Assembly (NCBI GenBank): GCA_033578305.1
Contig: JAVQXK010000001.1
Span: forward strand, 1-42,630
Origin: Bacteroidia bacterium
Lineage (GTDB): Bacteria; Bacteroidota; Bacteroidia; JANWVE01
Reading direction: 5' to 3'
Length of the DNA: 42,630 nucleotides
The notes beneath the pieces are model-generated. The model saw only the letters and a list, made by a program, of their open reading frames with translations. It was not told the origin of the DNA and did not search any database. Both the position numbers and the translations under genes were made by a program. Shown piece after piece: positions 1 to 8,307 of this stretch; positions within the stretch are counted from its first letter, which is position 1; each line of letters begins with the position of its first letter.

Positions 1-111
1 TCTTACATCTAAGCGAGAACCAGGAGAAGACTCGCCAATACCCACATTTTGGGCATGTATTGTCAAACTTTTTGCTCCCACAAAGATTGACAACAAAAGG
101 AGTTTGTACAT
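1..111 (-). CDS. N-terminal fragment of a secreted protein (the gene continues beyond the left edge of the window)
   Basis: Reverse complement of 1-111 translates as MYKLLLLSIFVGAKSLTIHAQNVGIGESSPGSRLDVR with no stop. It has a signal-peptide-like N-terminus followed by an NVGIG..P..LDV motif. Only 37 residues are visible. Confidence 0.35.
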   Translation of the reverse strand, partial: MYKLLLLSIFVGAKSLTIHAQNVGIGESSPGSRLDVR

Positions 112-178
112 GTAACGTTTAAGCATATACTAATCTTGATTTAAGGTTGTTGTTTAGCTTAATAACAATAAATTTTTA

Positions 179-214
179 TTTATGTTTACAAGTTATTCTA
201 TTTTTATGTTTACA
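179..214. repeat. Perfect 12-bp direct repeat TTTATGTTTACA at 179-190 and 203-214
   Basis: Read directly from the sequence. Lies in the intergenic region between the left partial gene and the TPR/LuxR gene. Function unknown. Confidence 0.8.
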
Positions 215-303
215 GATAATATTAAAATTAGGTGAAGTCTAGGCTCACTGAAAAGATGTTTTGCAAAATAAATGTATTTTGAAAAAAAATTTTCCATCGG
301 AGC

Positions 304-379
304 TACTACAAACATACTACAATATGATTTTTGAGTCAGAAAATGGATACTACAAATATACTACAAAATAAGTATCTGA
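304..379 (+). promoter_or_regulatory. Candidate regulator-binding array of four TACTACAA octamers in two near-identical 22-bp units
   Basis: TACTACAAACATACTACAATAT at 304-325 and TACTACAAATATACTACAAAAT at 358-379. The octamers start at 304, 315, 358 and 369, so each pair has 11-bp phasing. The array lies 140-215 bp upstream of the TPR/LuxR gene start. Confidence 0.45.
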
Positions 380-518
380 TAATCAGTATACTAATGTTAA
401 GGGTATTTTAGATTTAGCCAATAATTCGTACCTTTGTATTTAGTAAGTATGGTGCATTTTTATTAAGACATGACTTCTATCTATACATTTAATCTTATGT
501 ATTGCTTTTTTTAAGAAG

Positions 519-2093
519 GTGAGTTATTTTATTTTTATAGTGAAACGCAACTTTTCTTTTGTTATCCCTTTTTGTATTTTCTTTGTGTGTAAGATTGAAA
601 CTTATTCGCAAAAAATAGATTCTCTGTATCTTGCCAAATATCAGGCTAAACCAGGTTCTTTAGAGTACTTGAATACGCTTGTGGCAATAGGCGAATATTA
701 TGCTAAAAGAAAGATATTAGACTCTTCTTTCTATTATTACTACACTGCTTTATCTATAGCGGATAGCCTTCAAAGTAAAAATATAAACATTAAGTACAAA
801 ATCCAAGTGGGTTTGGCTAATGGCTTTCGAAAACTCAAGAAATACGATAAAGCGCTTAGCCTTTACGAGGCAGCTTTAGCAAATTATCAGAAGAAACAAG
901 ATACTGCAAGTATTATTGTTATTTACAATAATATTGCGCTTGTTTACAAGGATCAAAAGAAATATCAAGAAGCAAAAACCTACTATGAAAAAGCTCTTGT
1001 CTTACATGAGAAATTAGTGAAAAATCAGTACTGGTATGAGCAAAGCATTATGTTGTATAATAACCTATCTAATTTGTGTGCTTTGACAGGAGATATGCAG
1101 AAATCACGAGAATTATTAGAAATAGCGATAACATTTTGTGAAAAAAGTAATAATCCGATTATAGAAGCAAGTAGCTATATCAATTTAGCGGAGCGTTATT
1201 TAGCTTTAGGATTACTTGATAAGGTTGCTCCTTTATTAGAAAAAGCTGTAGATGCTGGTAAAAAAGTGCAAGCCTTAGAGGTAATAAGTGAGGGCTACAG
1301 GCTGCTGTCTCTATATTACGAGAAAAAACAAGATTTGCAAAATGCATTGAACTATTACAAGAAGTATGACAGCCTAAGCCAGCATATCTTAAATGAAAGC
1401 AAACTAAAGCAAATCTTTGATCTAGAGAATGAATACCGAATAGCTCAAAAAGATAAAGAGATTTTACGTAAACAAAAGGAATTGGAAATTAGTAAGCATA
1501 ATCAAACACGAAATTACTTTTTGCTTTGGATAATGACAAGTTTGTTTTTAGTAACTCTTATAGGCATTCGTAATCTTTATCTCCGTAATAAACGCCAACA
1601 GGCGGAAAAAAAATTAGTAATCCACGAACTAGAACAAGCCTTAATATATCAAGAGGAGTTGAAAAGCCAAATTGAGTTCCAACAAAGAGAACTATTGAGT
1701 TCTAGTTTACAAAAAGCTCAACAACATGAAGCTATTGTCCAAATAAAAGAATATGTAAAAAAAACAAGCGATAGCATGCAAGAGAGTATACAAAAAATTC
1801 GGCACCTTGTAAATGCTGTAGAAGATATAGAAAAAGACTGGGCGGAGTTTAAATTGAGATTTGAAAAAATTCATACCAACTTTTTTAAGCACCTACAAGA
1901 GCGATTTCCTGAACTTACTCAGAATGATTTGCGTATGTGTGCTTTTATCAAACTTCAACTTGATAAAAAACAAATAGCTGCCTTGCTTAATGTTACGTTG
2001 AAAGCAGTGGAAATAAGTCGCTATCGGTTGAAAAAAAAACTAGACCTAAATCCAGAGGATGACTTAAATAAATTTATCCAAAATTTTGACTAA
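519..2093 (+). CDS. TPR-repeat, single-TM transcriptional regulator with a C-terminal LuxR/GerE-type HTH
   Basis: N-terminal half shows YY..A-type TPR-like repeats. A hydrophobic helix (FLLWIMTSLFLVTLIGI) is followed by a coiled coil. The C-terminus LTQNDLRMCAFIKLQLDKKQIAALLNVTLKAVEISRYRLKKKLDL fits a LuxR-family HTH. There is no ATG in the open frame from 474; the frame begins at GTG 519, so the true start is uncertain. Confidence 0.75.
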   Translation: MSYFIFIVKRNFSFVIPFCIFFVCKIETYSQKIDSLYLAKYQAKPGSLEYLNTLVAIGEYYAKRKILDSSFYYYYTALSIADSLQSKNINIKYKIQVGLANGFRKLKKYDKALSLYEAALANYQKKQDTASIIVIYNNIALVYKDQKKYQEAKTYYEKALVLHEKLVKNQYWYEQSIMLYNNLSNLCALTGDMQKSRELLEIAITFCEKSNNPIIEASSYINLAERYLALGLLDKVAPLLEKAVDAGKKVQALEVISEGYRLLSLYYEKKQDLQNALNYYKKYDSLSQHILNESKLKQIFDLENEYRIAQKDKEILRKQKELEISKHNQTRNYFLLWIMTSLFLVTLIGIRNLYLRNKRQQAEKKLVIHELEQALIYQEELKSQIEFQQRELLSSSLQKAQQHEAIVQIKEYVKKTSDSMQESIQKIRHLVNAVEDIEKDWAEFKLRFEKIHTNFFKHLQERFPELTQNDLRMCAFIKLQLDKKQIAALLNVTLKAVEISRYRLKKKLDLNPEDDLNKFIQNFD

Positions 2094-2415
2094 TAGCATT
2101 AACTTAGATAAAAATTTAACTTGTAACTTATTGATTTTCAAGAATAACTTTTGTAAGACAACTTTTGTTTACTTAATTCTTAATGGTGCTAAACCTCACA
2201 ATGCTATTTGCTTAAGTAGCTCTTGCTAGCCTAAACAGAAAAGTATCTAAGATATCTCAATTCGAACTTTGAATGAAAGAAAGTAGAAAGGTAGGTAAAG
2301 ATTTCCACTTTCAATAGAAAATACTATATTTGCAAGCGCATAGTAAAGGCTTCTTGCTATGTAAATAGAAAATAGTACAAAATTAAATTTCAAAATTTCA
2401 GTTTTCAATACCCAA

Positions 2416-2730
2416 ATGAAACTCTCAAAATTTTTTGCGGTAGTGATAACTTTGTTTATCTTATCCAGTTGTGCGTAAGTAAAAGCTCCTCTGTTTGCCT
2501 CTATTTATGTAGATGTGAAGTCTCCTGTAACTGCCACAGGATATCCCAACTCTTCAAAAGTAGGGGTTGCAAAGGCGACTTCTATTTTAGGTATATTTGC
2601 TACAGGAGATGCTAGCATAGAAGCGGCTGCAAAAAATGAAGGAATTACTAAAATTCATCACGTTGATGAGCGAGCAGTAAGAGTACTCTCGCTTTTTGCT
2701 TCTTACGAAGTATATGTATATGGTGAGTAG
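2416..2730 (+). pseudogene. TRL-like small lipoprotein gene interrupted by an in-frame TAA
   Basis: ATG 2416 encodes MKLSKFFAVVITLFILSSCA (signal peptide plus lipobox Cys) and then TAA at 2476-2478. The same frame continues as VKAPLFASIYVDVKSPVTATGYPNSSKVGVAKATSILGIFATGDASIEAAAKNEGITKIHHVDERAVRVLSLFASYEVYVYGE, which resembles the TRL-like lipoprotein family. Confidence 0.5.
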
Positions 2731-3271
2731 TATATTAAAAAAAGCATGGGTAAATTTATCGTTATCCATGCTTTTTATTTTTGTATTTTCATTTGATATT
2801 AGGGCGCAAAAAATTTCTAAATATTACATCTCTTCCCTGCAACAACGCGGTACGCTTTATTTTATCCATTCTCATTTAGCATTCAAAGCTAAAAGAAATA
2901 GAGCTACTTTCACCTATGATATCACTTACCTCAGCTCTAGTGACTCGGCATTAGTCAATTTTTCATATTACGAGCCAATCAATCAAAACATTAGTGCAAT
3001 TGATAGCGTTCAATTCATTTATTCAGATCATATTATTACAAGTAATGCTAAGAAGATCTTTATTGAGCCTAAAAAAAAATATTGGCAGTACCGCTATTCA
3101 CTAAATTTTTTGTTTAAGGATTTGAATAAGTTATACTTTCAGGACAATCCTCCTAGGGTAATACTCTACAGGCAAAAAAAGTCAGTTGAATTGAATGTAA
3201 GTAAACAAATATGGCAGCGGCAGGCCTCTATTATACAGAGAATTTTTGCTCTTATTGAGTCTAATCGGTAA
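2720..3271 (+). CDS. Hypothetical exported protein
   Basis: ORF 2696-3271. The likely start is M at 2720 (MVSSILKKAWVNLSLSMLFIFVFSFDIRAQ, signal-peptide-like). I recognise no conserved domain. Confidence 0.4.
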   Translation: MVSSILKKAWVNLSLSMLFIFVFSFDIRAQKISKYYISSLQQRGTLYFIHSHLAFKAKRNRATFTYDITYLSSSDSALVNFSYYEPINQNISAIDSVQFIYSDHIITSNAKKIFIEPKKKYWQYRYSLNFLFKDLNKLYFQDNPPRVILYRQKKSVELNVSKQIWQRQASIIQRIFALIESNR

Positions 3272-3352
3272 CTTGTCTAAGAAAAGATATAAAAGCACAA
3301 CTTTGAATTTGTTATTTTGAAATTGTGCTTTTGTATGATTTTATGCTTCGTC

Positions 3353-3724
3353 TTATTCCCACTTTAATACATCTCTTTTAATAATGTAATAAAAACCCAC
3401 TAAAAGCAGTGCCATAAAAGTAAACATTTCAAAAAAACCGAACCAGCCTAACTCCTTGAAATTTACTGCCCAAGGATACATAAAAATAATCTCTACATCA
3501 AACAAAACAAATAAAATAGCAATCAAAAAGTACTTGATGGAAATCGGTGTGCGCGCATCTCCTATTGACTCTACCCCACATTCCCAGGCTGCATTTTTTA
3601 CTTGACTTCTACGCTTAGGACCAATCAAATGCGTTACCACCATAGTAACAATTACAAATGCCACTGCCAAACCAAATTGAATAATGATAGGCAAGTAATC
3701 AGAAGGAAGATAGGTTTTTTCCAT
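3353..3724 (-). CDS. nuoA: NADH-quinone oxidoreductase subunit A
   Basis: 123 aa, three TM helices, with the NuoA/ND3 signature region PISIKYFLIAILFVLFDVEIIFMYPWAV. It stands alone, far from the other nuo genes. Confidence 0.85.
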   Translation of the reverse strand: MEKTYLPSDYLPIIIQFGLAVAFVIVTMVVTHLIGPKRRSQVKNAAWECGVESIGDARTPISIKYFLIAILFVLFDVEIIFMYPWAVNFKELGWFGFFEMFTFMALLLVGFYYIIKRDVLKWE

Positions 3725-3892
3725 AATAAGAACGTATTATTTTTTATTGTTTTTTATGGCTTGCAAGTTACGCATTTGCTTACACACAAGCAAAAAAGTT
3801 GTGCAAAGTTTTGTAGATTTATCATTGCTCTAAATAGTTTTTGTATTTTTGGCAATTCTTTTGCACGCGTTTCTAATTTTTTCGCTTTGTAT

Positions 3893-6316
3893 ATGCAAAC
3901 CTCAAACCATAGCCGTACTCACCAATCAATTGGCAAGTTGATTGATTTTAGATACAATAAAAGAAATACCGAATTGCACCTACAAGCTGAAAATGGTTTT
4001 GCAAAAGTGCTTGTTTATCATCCGCAAATAATTCGTATTACGCTTAATCGTACTACTGACCTTTGGGATTTTAGCTATGCCACTATTGTGCCACCTCTTG
4101 ATGATACACCCGCCCAAATTGCAGAAAGAAACGATAAACTTATCCTTACTACCTCAGATTTGAAAGTAGTCATTTACAAAAATCCACTTTTGTTTGCTTT
4201 TTACGATCCTAACGATTTACTTATCAATGCCGATGAGCCATTTAGCAACTCATGGCTTGGTGAGCAAATTTCTGCATATAAAACTTTACAACCTAACGAA
4301 AAATTCATCGGCTTGGGTGAGAAAACTGGTAATTTAGATAGAAAAGGTACAGGTTATACTAATTACAACACCGATTTTTTTGCTTATTATAGTGCAGCGG
4401 ACCCGCTTTATATTTCTACTCCTTTTTATATGGGCGTGCATAGCGGCATTAGTTATGGTATTTTTTTGGATAATTCCAGCAAAACGCATTTCAATTTTGG
4501 GGCTTCTAACGATAGGTTTGCTTCTTTTACCGTAGAAAGTGGAGACTTGAACTACTATTTTATTTACGGTAAAACCATTGCCAAAAATATTGAACTCTAC
4601 ACCTACCTTACAGGACGCATGGAACTCCCTCCGCTTTGGAGCTTGGGCTACCATCAATGCCGATATAGCTACTATCCTGACAAAGAAGTCTTGAATATTG
4701 CTCGCACTTTCAGAGAAAAGCAAATCCCTGCCGATGTCATTTATTTGGATATTCACTATATGCAAAATTACAAACTCTTTACTTGGAGTAAAGAGCATTT
4801 TGCCGAACCTCAAAAATTGATACAAGCCTTACAAGCATTAGGTTTCAAGGTAGTCGTAATTATTGACCCAGGCATTAAGGTAGAGCAGGAATATGAAACC
4901 TACCAAAAAGGTGTTCAAGCAGATGTATTTTTGAAATATCCTGACGGCACCTATTACACAGGGCAAGTGTGGCCTGGGTGGTGCCATTTCCCTGATTTTA
5001 CTAATCCGAGAGTACGCAAATGGTGGGGTGAACAATTCGCCGAATTAGTGCAGTTAGGCATTAAAGGCTTTTGGAATGATATGAACGAAATTGCTACGTG
5101 GGGCAACCGATTACCTGAATTGATTGAATTTGACTTAGAAGGACACAAAGCCTCCACGCGCCAAGCCCGTAATTTGTATGGCTTGCAAATGGCAAGGGCT
5201 ACTTTTGAAGGAATAAAAAAACTGCTGCCCCAAGAGCGAACCTTCCATCTCACAAGAGCAGGATTTTCAGGTGTTCAACGTTATGCTTGTGTTTGGACGG
5301 GTGATAACGTTGCCACTGATGAACATTTGCTTTTAGGAGTTCGTTTGGTGAATAGTATGGGCCTTGCAGGTTTGTGTTTTGCAGGATACGACGTAGGAGG
5401 CTTCGTAGGAGAAGCCTCTAACCAACTATTTGCCAAATGGATAAGCATAGGAGCTTTTTCTCCTTTTTTTAGAGGGCATAAAGAAGTCAATACCGCTTCA
5501 GCAGAGCCTTGGACAAAAGGCAGACAAACCGAAGAAATTGCCCGTAATTATATCAGCCTCCGCTACCGTTTAATACCTTACATCTATTCGCATTTTTACG
5601 AAAGTACACAGAATGGTTTGCCCATTCAGCGAAGTTTAGCCATTGACTATACACACGACGATTTGATTTATCACCCTAATTACCAAAACCAATATCTTTT
5701 TGGCAAAAGTCTGCTCATTTGTCCTAATGAAAGCTATCACCAATTTACCAAAGTGTATTTGCCTGAAGCCTCTGCTTGGTATTATTGGTATGACGGCAAA
5801 GTATTTGAAGGCAAACAAGAAATCGTGGTAGAGTCTCCTGTCCATCAATTACCTATTTTTGTAAGAGCAAGTGCCATTATTCCTATGCAATCGCTTACGC
5901 AACATTTGAGCGAAAAGCCTGAAAAAACCTTACACTTGCATATCTATTTTGGGCAAGAAACCAGCGAATTTTTATATTACGAAGATGATGGTACAAGCTA
6001 TGAATACAAACAAGGCAATTTCTACAAACGCCTTATTCGCTTTGAGCCACAAAAAAGAACCCTCTCTTTTGAACCAGCCGAAGGTAATTACACCTCGCAT
6101 TTTGAGAAACTGAAAATCTATTTTCACCACTTTCAGCAAATTAGCCAAGATGTAAAAATCAACGGAAAATTACAATCCGTACACCCTGAAGAGGTACAAT
6201 TTATCAAAGCCATTTCCAGTTTTGACCCTATGGGAAAAACCTATCCTGAAGTTAAAACACAAGCCAAAACCATAGAAATTTTGAATACTACTCAAAAAAT
6301 TGAAATAATTTGGTGA
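3893..6316 (+). CDS. Glycoside hydrolase family 31 alpha-glucosidase (cytoplasmic; no signal peptide)
   Basis: GH31 motifs GFWNDMNE (catalytic-nucleophile region), WTGDN and RGH are present. The ORF track opens at 3602 and overlaps nuoA; the first plausible start is ATG 3893 (MQTSNH). Confidence 0.85.
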   Translation: MQTSNHSRTHQSIGKLIDFRYNKRNTELHLQAENGFAKVLVYHPQIIRITLNRTTDLWDFSYATIVPPLDDTPAQIAERNDKLILTTSDLKVVIYKNPLLFAFYDPNDLLINADEPFSNSWLGEQISAYKTLQPNEKFIGLGEKTGNLDRKGTGYTNYNTDFFAYYSAADPLYISTPFYMGVHSGISYGIFLDNSSKTHFNFGASNDRFASFTVESGDLNYYFIYGKTIAKNIELYTYLTGRMELPPLWSLGYHQCRYSYYPDKEVLNIARTFREKQIPADVIYLDIHYMQNYKLFTWSKEHFAEPQKLIQALQALGFKVVVIIDPGIKVEQEYETYQKGVQADVFLKYPDGTYYTGQVWPGWCHFPDFTNPRVRKWWGEQFAELVQLGIKGFWNDMNEIATWGNRLPELIEFDLEGHKASTRQARNLYGLQMARATFEGIKKLLPQERTFHLTRAGFSGVQRYACVWTGDNVATDEHLLLGVRLVNSMGLAGLCFAGYDVGGFVGEASNQLFAKWISIGAFSPFFRGHKEVNTASAEPWTKGRQTEEIARNYISLRYRLIPYIYSHFYESTQNGLPIQRSLAIDYTHDDLIYHPNYQNQYLFGKSLLICPNESYHQFTKVYLPEASAWYYWYDGKVFEGKQEIVVESPVHQLPIFVRASAIIPMQSLTQHLSEKPEKTLHLHIYFGQETSEFLYYEDDGTSYEYKQGNFYKRLIRFEPQKRTLSFEPAEGNYTSHFEKLKIYFHHFQQISQDVKINGKLQSVHPEEVQFIKAISSFDPMGKTYPEVKTQAKTIEILNTTQKIEIIW

Positions 6317-6455
6317 CTCTCACACAAATAAGGCCTGAAATTTTAGGCTGATTAAGGTGAATTGCTTAATATCACAAATAACAATTTTATCCAGCCTTGT
6401 ACTAAAAAAACGAGAGAAAATTAAACTTATTTAGACTAATTCTAATCAGTTTTTG

Positions 6456-6467
6456 TAGATTTGCACC
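6456..6467 (+). promoter_or_regulatory. Putative -7 promoter box TAGATTTGCACC (Bacteroidota TAnnTTTG type) for the imelysin-like gene
   Basis: Matches TAnnTTTG with the recurring TTTGCAC extension, about 40 bp upstream of ATG 6508. Confidence 0.4.
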
Positions 6468-6507
6468 TAAAATATGCTTTCTGGTATTTTACTTATTCAT
6501 ACAAAAG

Positions 6508-7629
6508 TTGATTGAAACCATGGAAAAAATTTTTCTCTCGTTAAGTGCTACTACCCTGTTATTGTTTAGCGTCATTTCGTGTAAAACACACAAAGAAAAC
6601 AACCCTTCGGATAAATTTGATAGAACACAAATGTTAGAAAACTTTGCTCAAAACCTCATAAAACCTGCTTTTCAAGATTTGCAAAGCAAAGTAAATGCCT
6701 TAAAAGCCGCTACCGATAACTTTGTACAAACTCCTAGTGCCACTAATTTGTCTATCTTACAAAATACTTGGGAAAATGCTTATCTCTCTTGGCAATATGC
6801 TAATGCTTACAACTTTGGCCCTGCAGGTGAGGAAGGCATACGCAAAAGTTTGCTAGAAGAAATTGGCACCTTTCCTATAAGCCCTACCAAAATAGAAAAT
6901 GCCATTGCTAATAATAATGCTAATTTCAATGATTTTAACCGCGATGCACGCGGATTTTTAGCTATTGAATATTTAATTTTCAATTTTAATAATGATAACC
7001 AAGCTGTTTTGAATAGTTTTAATAATGCTAACCGTCGCAGTTTTTTGGTAAATGCCGTAAATAATCTCAAAACTCGTGTGGATGAGGTTGCTAACGCATG
7101 GAATGGTAGTTATGCTTTGGAATTTGTGAGTAATACAGGTACGGACATAGGCAGTAGTACTTCACAACTTTACAACGAATTTGTGAAAAGTTTTGAAAGT
7201 ATTAAAAACTTCAAAGTTGGCTTGCCTTTGGGCAAACGACCAGGGCAGACCCAACCCGAACCTGCTCGCGTAGAAGCTTATTATTCAGGCAAATCTCTCG
7301 CTATGATTGAAGCTCACTTGCAAGCTATTGAAAATATTTGGTATGGCAAAGCCAAGGAAGGGCAAGATGGTATTGGCTTTAAGGAATATTTACAAAACGT
7401 AGAAGGTGGGCAGGCTCTTATCTCCTCCACTGAAGCTCAATGGGCGATGGTGAAAAATAGTTTTAGAGCTATTCCTACGCAAATACGGCTTTCTGTACAA
7501 ATTCAACATTCCCCACAGGTAATTGATAATTTTCATACTGAATTGCAAAAACATACACGCTTTTTCAAGGCAGATATGAGTTCGCTATTAGGCATTACTA
7601 TTACTTTTAGCAGTGGCGATGGAGATTGA
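6508..7629 (+). CDS. Imelysin-like (peptidase M75 family) lipoprotein
   Basis: Signal peptide with lipobox (LLLFSVISC). Region W.NAYLSWQYANAYNFGPAGEEG and a later EYLIFNF segment resemble imelysin/IrpA-type proteins. Confidence 0.55.
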   Translation: MIETMEKIFLSLSATTLLLFSVISCKTHKENNPSDKFDRTQMLENFAQNLIKPAFQDLQSKVNALKAATDNFVQTPSATNLSILQNTWENAYLSWQYANAYNFGPAGEEGIRKSLLEEIGTFPISPTKIENAIANNNANFNDFNRDARGFLAIEYLIFNFNNDNQAVLNSFNNANRRSFLVNAVNNLKTRVDEVANAWNGSYALEFVSNTGTDIGSSTSQLYNEFVKSFESIKNFKVGLPLGKRPGQTQPEPARVEAYYSGKSLAMIEAHLQAIENIWYGKAKEGQDGIGFKEYLQNVEGGQALISSTEAQWAMVKNSFRAIPTQIRLSVQIQHSPQVIDNFHTELQKHTRFFKADMSSLLGITITFSSGDGD

Positions 7630-7816
7630 CTTTCCTAAAATGCTATTTTGTCATAAAAAAGTACAAAAATTGACAAAATGGCATTAAGATTTCTAATTCT
7701 GGGCTAGCGGTATATAAATTGTTAAAACAAAGGTGTATGGGTAATAAACCCAAAACTTACAACAAACAAAAACTTATTTCAAACTTATTGTTAAACCTCT
7801 AAACCTCTTAAAAGTT

Positions 7817-8242
7817 ATGTCAATCATTAGATTTAATCGTAGTTTTCCTTTTTCTAACTTTTTAGAAGACTTTTTTGGAAAAGATTTAATACATTTTCCA
7901 CAAGTAGAGCAGAACGTTCCTTCTGTAAACATTATAGAAAATGAAAATGGCTTCCGTGTAGAAGTAGCTGCTCCCGGCTTGAAAAAAGAGGACTTTAAGG
8001 TAAGCATTGATAACAATGTCCTCACTATTTCTGCAGAAGCCAAACAAGAAAAAGAAGAGAAAAATGAACGCTATACTCGCAGAGAGTTTAGCCATACTTC
8101 ATTCCAACGCTCTTTCACTTTGCCTCAAACTATCGAAATAGACCAAATTGATGCTAAATACGAAGATGGTATTTTGCACATCAATTTGCCTAAAAAAGAA
8201 GAGGCTAAACCTAAACCTACTCGCGTAATAAATATCAGCTAA
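7817..8242 (+). CDS. Hsp20/alpha-crystallin family small heat-shock protein
   Basis: 141 aa. Alpha-crystallin-domain hallmarks: VNIIENENGFRVEVAAPGLKKEDFKVSIDNNVLTISAE ... RSFTLPQTIEIDQIDAKYEDGILHINLPK. Confidence 0.9.
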   Translation: MSIIRFNRSFPFSNFLEDFFGKDLIHFPQVEQNVPSVNIIENENGFRVEVAAPGLKKEDFKVSIDNNVLTISAEAKQEKEEKNERYTRREFSHTSFQRSFTLPQTIEIDQIDAKYEDGILHINLPKKEEAKPKPTRVINIS

Positions 8243-8264
8243 TTAGGGTAAGAATGAAATATTC

Positions 8265-8297
8265 CCCACTTTTTCAAAGTGGGGATTTTTTTTTTTG
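8265..8297 (+). terminator. Rho-independent terminator after hsp20
   Basis: CCCCACTTT-TTC-AAAGTGGGG (9-bp stem, 3-nt loop) followed by an 11-nt T run. Confidence 0.8.
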
Positions 8298-8307
8298 CAG
8301 AGGCAGC

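Noticed and set aside
3602-3892. 5' extension of the GH31 ORF (the ORF track starts at 3602), overlapping nuoA on the opposite strand
   Set aside because: The extension is AT-rich and low-complexity, overlaps the well-supported nuoA gene, and contains the nuoA promoter region. The first plausible start is ATG 3893 (MQTSNH), just downstream of a TTTGCACG box.
4334-5848. Several 65-163-aa ORFs on the - strand inside the GH31 gene
   Set aside because: They are antisense to a strongly supported CDS, have no recognisable motifs and are of low complexity. These are typical shadow ORFs.
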